A stretch of DNA of 57,596 nucleotides from a virus (lineage: Duplodnaviria; Caudoviricetes): the IMG/VR virus record IMGVR_UViG_3300044695_006206, positions 1 to 57,596 of that record; one strand, given 5' to 3'. The position numbers were made by a program, and so were the translations under genes. This document shows, piece after piece, positions 53,721 to 57,596 of this stretch (positions within the stretch are counted from its first letter, which is position 1; every line of letters begins with the position of its first letter). Under the pieces are notes generated by a model that ran no database searches, was not told where the DNA came from, and saw only the letters and a list, made by a program, of their open reading frames with translations.

Positions 53721-55168
53721 GTGAAAACCTCGAAGCGGCGCTTCTCGAAGTGGAACTCCGCGCGCACCTCGCCAGGGGTGCCGATCTCATCGTGATATCG
53801 AGACTTCGACACCCGGATGATGGAACTCTGGGGCGATTCGCGGTGCACCACGATGCCCACGTCCGCCTTGTTGTACCAGTGGGCCGAGTCCGAGATGTCG
53901 TAGAGCGTCGGGATGCGGTAGTTCCCGTTCTCGTCCTTCGCCTGCTTCGAGGGGTGGGCGACGACGATCAGATGCGTGTTCGTCTTCTTCGCGAACCTTT
54001 TGAAGGTCTTGATGGCGCGGCCGGTGTATTCGGTCAGGCTCTCGCCCGGCGCCCGAGCGTGGTCCATCTCGTTCCAGGGGTCGATGACGATCACCCGCGC
54101 TGCGAACTGGGTGCAGGCGGCCTCACAGCGGTCCAGCACCCAGTCGAGGTCCACATCGGCATCGTCGTCCGGGACGAGGAAGCTGAAGTGCTTGTCGATC
54201 CAGCGGTCCACCTCGGCAAGCTGTGCCGGCTCGGCATACTGGGCCGGCTTGCCGAGCTTCCAGGTCCGGAGGTTGCGGCGGTGGTCGCGCTGCGGGGCCT
54301 GCTCGAAGGAGGCGAAGGCGACGTTCAGGTTGTGGTTCTGGACCAGCCGGCAGCAGAGGTCGTTCACGAAGCTCGACTTCCCGTGCGACGGGATGCCTGT
54401 GAAGACCGCGAAGTCGCCCAGGCGCACCCGGTAGTGGTCGCGGAGCTTCTCGATGCCGATGTCGAAGACCTTCGCGTCCGGGACAGGCGGCAGTTCGCTC
54501 ATGCGGTAGATGCCGCTGACCTTCATCCACTGCGCGCGGTTCAGCGTCTCCACGACGCCGCGTGCCCCGAAGATCGCCAGCACCTCGTTCAGGTCTTTCA
54601 GCCGGCGGGTCGGATCGTCCGGGTTCTTCGGGTAGGTGACGAACTTGCAGCGATGCTTCCCGAGCCGCAGCGAGAGGTCGTGCAGGAGGTTGGCCCCGGC
54701 GTCGTCGCCATCGACGGCCAGGATGATCTCCCGCGCCCGGTCGATGGAGAGCAGCGGCTTGATGGGATCAAGCCAGTTGTACTTGTCGGAGTCGTTGTCC
54801 TCGATCTTCTTCGCGGGCGCGCCGTCCGGGACGGAGATGACCCGGCCGAAGCCGCTCTGGATCGCGGCGATGGCGTCCAGTTCGCCCTCGGTGATGATGA
54901 GGGGCTGCTCGACGAGAGTCTCATCGCGCAGGACGTCCTCGTTCCAGGCGCACTTGATGGCGCCCTTGTCCTGCCAGAACCGCTTGTCCGCCCCGGTGGT
55001 CCGCCGCTTGCGGTTGACGACCACGCCTTCGCGGAAGAAGGGGATCGCAAGGGCGTCACCACCACCGCTGCTTTCGCTGTGGAGGCCGAGCTTGGACGCC
55101 AGTTCCGGGTCGATGCCCCGGGCTTCGAGCCACGCCGCGTGCCGCAGATTGAGCGTTCCCTCGGTCAT
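53717..55168 (-). CDS. T7 gp4/Twinkle-like TOPRIM primase-helicase lacking its Zn-binding domain
   Basis: IITEGELDA, SVPDGA, AVDGDDAG, KDLNE (TOPRIM); TGIPSHGKS, IDPWN, VVAHP, DISDSAHW.NKAD (SF4 helicase). Confidence 0.9.
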   Translation of the reverse strand: MTEGTLNLRHAAWLEARGIDPELASKLGLHSESSGGGDALAIPFFREGVVVNRKRRTTGADKRFWQDKGAIKCAWNEDVLRDETLVEQPLIITEGELDAIAAIQSGFGRVISVPDGAPAKKIEDNDSDKYNWLDPIKPLLSIDRAREIILAVDGDDAGANLLHDLSLRLGKHRCKFVTYPKNPDDPTRRLKDLNEVLAIFGARGVVETLNRAQWMKVSGIYRMSELPPVPDAKVFDIGIEKLRDHYRVRLGDFAVFTGIPSHGKSSFVNDLCCRLVQNHNLNVAFASFEQAPQRDHRRNLRTWKLGKPAQYAEPAQLAEVDRWIDKHFSFLVPDDDADVDLDWVLDRCEAACTQFAARVIVIDPWNEMDHARAPGESLTEYTGRAIKTFKRFAKKTNTHLIVVAHPSKQAKDENGNYRIPTLYDISDSAHWYNKADVGIVVHRESPQSSIIRVSKSRYHDEIGTPGEVRAEFHFEKRRFEVFT

Positions 55169-55415
55169 TGTTGTTCTCTCTCCTGCCAGTTCCGCCGGCC
55201 CAGTCGCAGTGAAGGCAGTGCCAGACCGCCTCCCCCGACTCCAGCCGGCCGTTCTTGATCGTGGTGGGGCCGAGCGCGACGCTCAAGCACCGCTTGCGTC
55301 TGTTCGCGGGCGACCTCGTCGGGCTGCATTGGGGGCAGATCGCGTAGTGGTTGCCCGGGGTGTAGCTGCGGAGCGAGATGCCCTGCTCGCGCAGCCGGTC
55401 GAAGGCGTCGGTCAT
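55056..55415 (-). CDS. Stand-alone primase Zn-binding domain
   Basis: CPQCS..R......RCLSV...WHCLHCDWAG; ATG overlaps the initiator stop. Confidence 0.75.
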   Translation of the reverse strand: MTDAFDRLREQGISLRSYTPGNHYAICPQCSPTRSPANRRKRCLSVALGPTTIKNGRLESGEAVWHCLHCDWAGGTGRRENNNDRGNAQSAARGVARSPGHRPGTGVQARPPQRKQRWW

Positions 55416-56269
55416 CCGCCGACTCCCATCGGCACGTAGCCGCCACTGCGATCCGGCCCGTTCGGGTTCACCACATCGGCCCATCGGCCCTGGTTGAGCC
55501 ACGTGGTGGGGTGAGGGAGGTATCGCTCCTCCTTGCCCTTCATGCGGGCCGCGAAGGCGGCACACGCGGCCTGGATGGCGCCGGCCGGGTCATCCCCGCC
55601 GGCCTGCTTGCAGGCCCGCTCCCAGGCCGACAGCGCGGCGATCTTGCCCACCCTGCGAGGGTAGGTCTCCCACCATGCTTCGAAGGCGGGCGGATAGCTG
55701 ATGCCCTTGCTCGCACGCTCGCCCCCCTTTGGGGGCTTCGGGGGAGTGTTACTTGTAACTGTCTCTCTCTCTGTCCCTGTCCCTGTCAGTCCGGTTACAC
55801 GCTGCGACGAAACCGCGCTGTAACCAGTTACATCGTCGGGGGGTTCCGGGTTACCGCGCTTCTCGCGCCACGCCCGAATCTTCTCCTTGTCTTTCAATCG
55901 CTTAACCGCCGCCTGCTGCTTGCGGTCCCAGGCGTCGATGGCCTTCGATGCCAGCACCGGGTGGTAGAAGCGGCCATCCGATGCGAGCCTCCAGGGCTGC
56001 ATCACCCGCTCCTTGATGCGCCCCCAGGTGGCTGCATCAACGCGCGCGAGGTGCATCAACACCACATCATTGGTCGGCAGCGATGCGGCGGGAACTTGGT
56101 GCCATGCCTCGGCCCAGAGGTGGAAAGCCGCGAGCGCGGCCATCGGCTCCTCGACCGTCGCGGTGATCCACCACTCGGACCGCAGCAGGCGGCGAACGTC
56201 CAGCGGCATGAAGTCGAAATCGCGGAGGTCGCAGTCGGCCGGCACGAGGGGTGGGGTGTCTCCTTCCAT
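55412..56269 (-). CDS. Replication initiator (DUF1376-like N-terminus, helical C-terminal domain)
   Basis: PLVPA.CDLRDF.FMPLDV.RL..S...LW..AWHQVPAASLP; FE.WW..YPR..GK..A..AW...HP.TWLNQ.RW.D. Confidence 0.8.
   Translation of the reverse strand: MEGDTPPLVPADCDLRDFDFMPLDVRRLLRSEWWITATVEEPMAALAAFHLWAEAWHQVPAASLPTNDVVLMHLARVDAATWGRIKERVMQPWRLASDGRFYHPVLASKAIDAWDRKQQAAVKRLKDKEKIRAWREKRGNPEPPDDVTGYSAVSSQRVTGLTGTGTERETVTSNTPPKPPKGGERASKGISYPPAFEAWWETYPRRVGKIAALSAWERACKQAGGDDPAGAIQAACAAFAARMKGKEERYLPHPTTWLNQGRWADVVNPNGPDRSGGYVPMGVGG
55748..55855. repeat. GTAAC/GTTAC repeat cluster inside the initiator; candidate replication origin
   Basis: GTTACTTGTAAC, GGTTACA, TGTAACCAGTTACA (dyad) and GGTTACC within ~110 bp. 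Confidence 0.5.
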
Positions 56270-56386
56270 TGGTCACTTCTCTCCTTCGGACGCAGGGCGA
56301 ACCCTGCAACGCCGGCAGTCGAGTATCATGTGTTTGACATGCGATCCAGAAGGATTAGGGCTTCGATGAGTATTCCATGCGTCCGC

Positions 56387-56728
56387 TCAGACCTCGGTGA
56401 TAGAGATTCCGTGGAGCGCAAGGAGCAGTTTCGCCTTCAAGCGATAGATGGGAGTGCGAGTGGGGTCGCTCTTCACATCTTCGATTACGACCTTTCCTGC
56501 TGAGTCCTGGTAACGAAAGTCGGCGACGTAGGTCGCGACCTTCACCCCGTTCACGACGAGCGGGAACCGGGGCTGGCATTCGAGCGATGAAATGGTGCCA
56601 ATTCTCTGAAGCAGGGCGAGTTCGGCGTATCTGGCTGCCTCGCGCTTAGACGCGAACCGCCTACCGTCCATTTCGACGGCCTTGTTCCCGTACTTGGATC
56701 GCGAGGGGTGGATGGTGATGTTTTTCAT
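56387..56728 (-). CDS. DUF1064-like (PD-(D/E)xK) nuclease
   Basis: SKYGNK....DG..F.SK.EA.RY..L...L..QP.F...YVADF.Y...VIEDVK...Y.LK.KL. Confidence 0.85.
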   Translation of the reverse strand: MKNITIHPSRSKYGNKAVEMDGRRFASKREAARYAELALLQRIGTISSLECQPRFPLVVNGVKVATYVADFRYQDSAGKVVIEDVKSDPTRTPIYRLKAKLLLALHGISITEV

Positions 56729-56762
56729 CACCTTAATGGATACGACGAAGGGGTTTTTGTCC

Positions 56763-56776
56763 ATGACAAACGTCAT
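56763..56776. promoter_or_regulatory. Candidate operator between the divergent repressor and replication operon
   Basis: ATGAC-AAAC-GTCAT dyad in the 60-bp AT-rich divergent intergenic region. Confidence 0.4.
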
Positions 56777-56788
56777 TGCGGTGATAGT

Positions 56789-57400
56789 ATGAGAGAAACA
56801 GCTAAGGTAAGCGCGCTCAAGAAGTTCATGGACGCCCGGGGACTCAAACCCCACCCCTGGGCGAAGGCAGCGGGACTCCGGTCCTCGACGCTCTACAATT
56901 TCCTGTCTGGAACTTCTCGGAGTCTCTCCACGGAGACCCTCGAAAAGCTCGCAGCAGCGGCCGGCGTCACGGTCGATGAACTCCTCGGGAACCAGCCGCT
57001 CAGGCGCCCCTCCGAAGCCAATTCGAAAACAGTGCCGCTGTTGTGGACAGTCGGCATCTACGGAAGGCTTTTCGAGATGGAGCCAAAGACCAATATCGCG
57101 CGCCCAGTGGGCATCCCGACGGACGCCAAGGTCATTGCTGCGCGCATCGACGGAGATGGCTTGCACCCAGTTCCGCCGGGCTGGACCGTCTTCTTCACTG
57201 AGGCGCCGGCCGCAGCGGAGTCCCTGGTAGGGAAGGTGGCCGTGGTGAAGATTGTGGGCAGCACGCAGATGATGGTCCGCGAGATTCGACGCGGCACCCA
57301 GGCGGGCCTCTACACGCTTCTGTCTTGGAGCGCGTCCCCCATTGAGAACGTCGAGATTTCCGCAGCCCATCCTATCCTCGCGATCACGCAGCCGGTCTAA
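56789..57400 (+). CDS. CI-like repressor (XRE HTH + S24-like C-terminal domain)
   Basis: WAKAAGLRSSTLYNFLSG.SRSL...TLEKLA; C-terminal A.RIDGDGLHP..P.G..V. The Ser/Lys catalytic pair is not evident. Confidence 0.75.
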   Translation: MRETAKVSALKKFMDARGLKPHPWAKAAGLRSSTLYNFLSGTSRSLSTETLEKLAAAAGVTVDELLGNQPLRRPSEANSKTVPLLWTVGIYGRLFEMEPKTNIARPVGIPTDAKVIAARIDGDGLHPVPPGWTVFFTEAPAAAESLVGKVAVVKIVGSTQMMVREIRRGTQAGLYTLLSWSASPIENVEISAAHPILAITQPV

Positions 57401-57440
57401 ACATCGGACGGCGATAGTATCATGAGGATGAGCATTCTGC

Positions 57441-57469
57441 TTGCAGGCATATCATTCCCGTGACATACT
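57441..57469 (+). promoter_or_regulatory. Sigma70-like promoter candidate for the recombination operon
   Basis: TTGCAG-17 nt-CATACT upstream of the GGAGAG RBS and ATG 57506. Confidence 0.4.
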
Positions 57470-57505
57470 CCAGCCATCCCGACATGGGGTGTCTTGGAGA
57501 GAGTC

Positions 57506-57596
57506 ATGGCGCATGTGGCAGTGCAGAGCGAGGCCGAATGGCTTGCGCTCCGCGAAAGCTTCGTCGGAGGCAGCGAGGTTGCCTCCCTGTTCTACA
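57506..57596 (+). CDS. YqaJ-like exonuclease, N-terminal fragment (runs off the window end)
   Basis: MAHVAVQSEAEWLALRESFVGGSEVASLFY matches the YqaJ N-terminal EWL..R...GGSE motif. Confidence 0.85.
   Translation, partial: MAHVAVQSEAEWLALRESFVGGSEVASLFY

Larger units (their letters stand above)
1..57596. mobile_element. Near-complete temperate siphophage genome (circularly permuted)
   Basis: Terminase, portal, capsid, tail tube, tape measure, integrase, repressor and replication genes are all present, no host genes are recognisable, and one gene is split across the two window ends. Confidence 0.93.

Overview
The window is a near-complete (~57.6 kb, high-GC) genome of a temperate, long-tailed (siphovirus-type) dsDNA phage, probably of an alphaproteobacterium (GcrA-like, DUF6456-like and GTA-type holin genes). 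It appears to be the excised, circularly permuted form: the YqaJ exonuclease gene starts at 57506 and continues at position 1, and a candidate intact attP lies between the integrase and a complete tRNA-Ser(TGA). The plus-strand early arm (1-9.4 kb) carries YqaJ, RecT, SSB, ThyX, a MazG-like pyrophosphatase, excisionase and integrase. The minus-strand late arm (50.4 to 9.5 kb) carries ParB-MTase, GH108 endolysin, terminase, portal, MuF, protease, capsid, tail and holin genes, interrupted by plus-strand islands of small genes. The replication and immunity region lies at 53-57.4 kb. The best candidate for an undescribed system is a tail-fibre gene ending in an 11-Cys, Asn-Cys-rich tip (...NFNCNCNCACDCAC). 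It is followed directly by an accessory gene and a radical SAM/SPASM maturase-type gene, with a 2OG-Fe(II) oxygenase further down the same gene run. This suggests RiPP-like enzymatic modification of a virion receptor-binding protein. Second is a ~1250-aa head-module polyvalent protein that fuses NUDIX, HipA/PI3K-like kinase and ADP-ribosyltransferase domains. All family assignments come from motif recognition by eye; no database searches were run.
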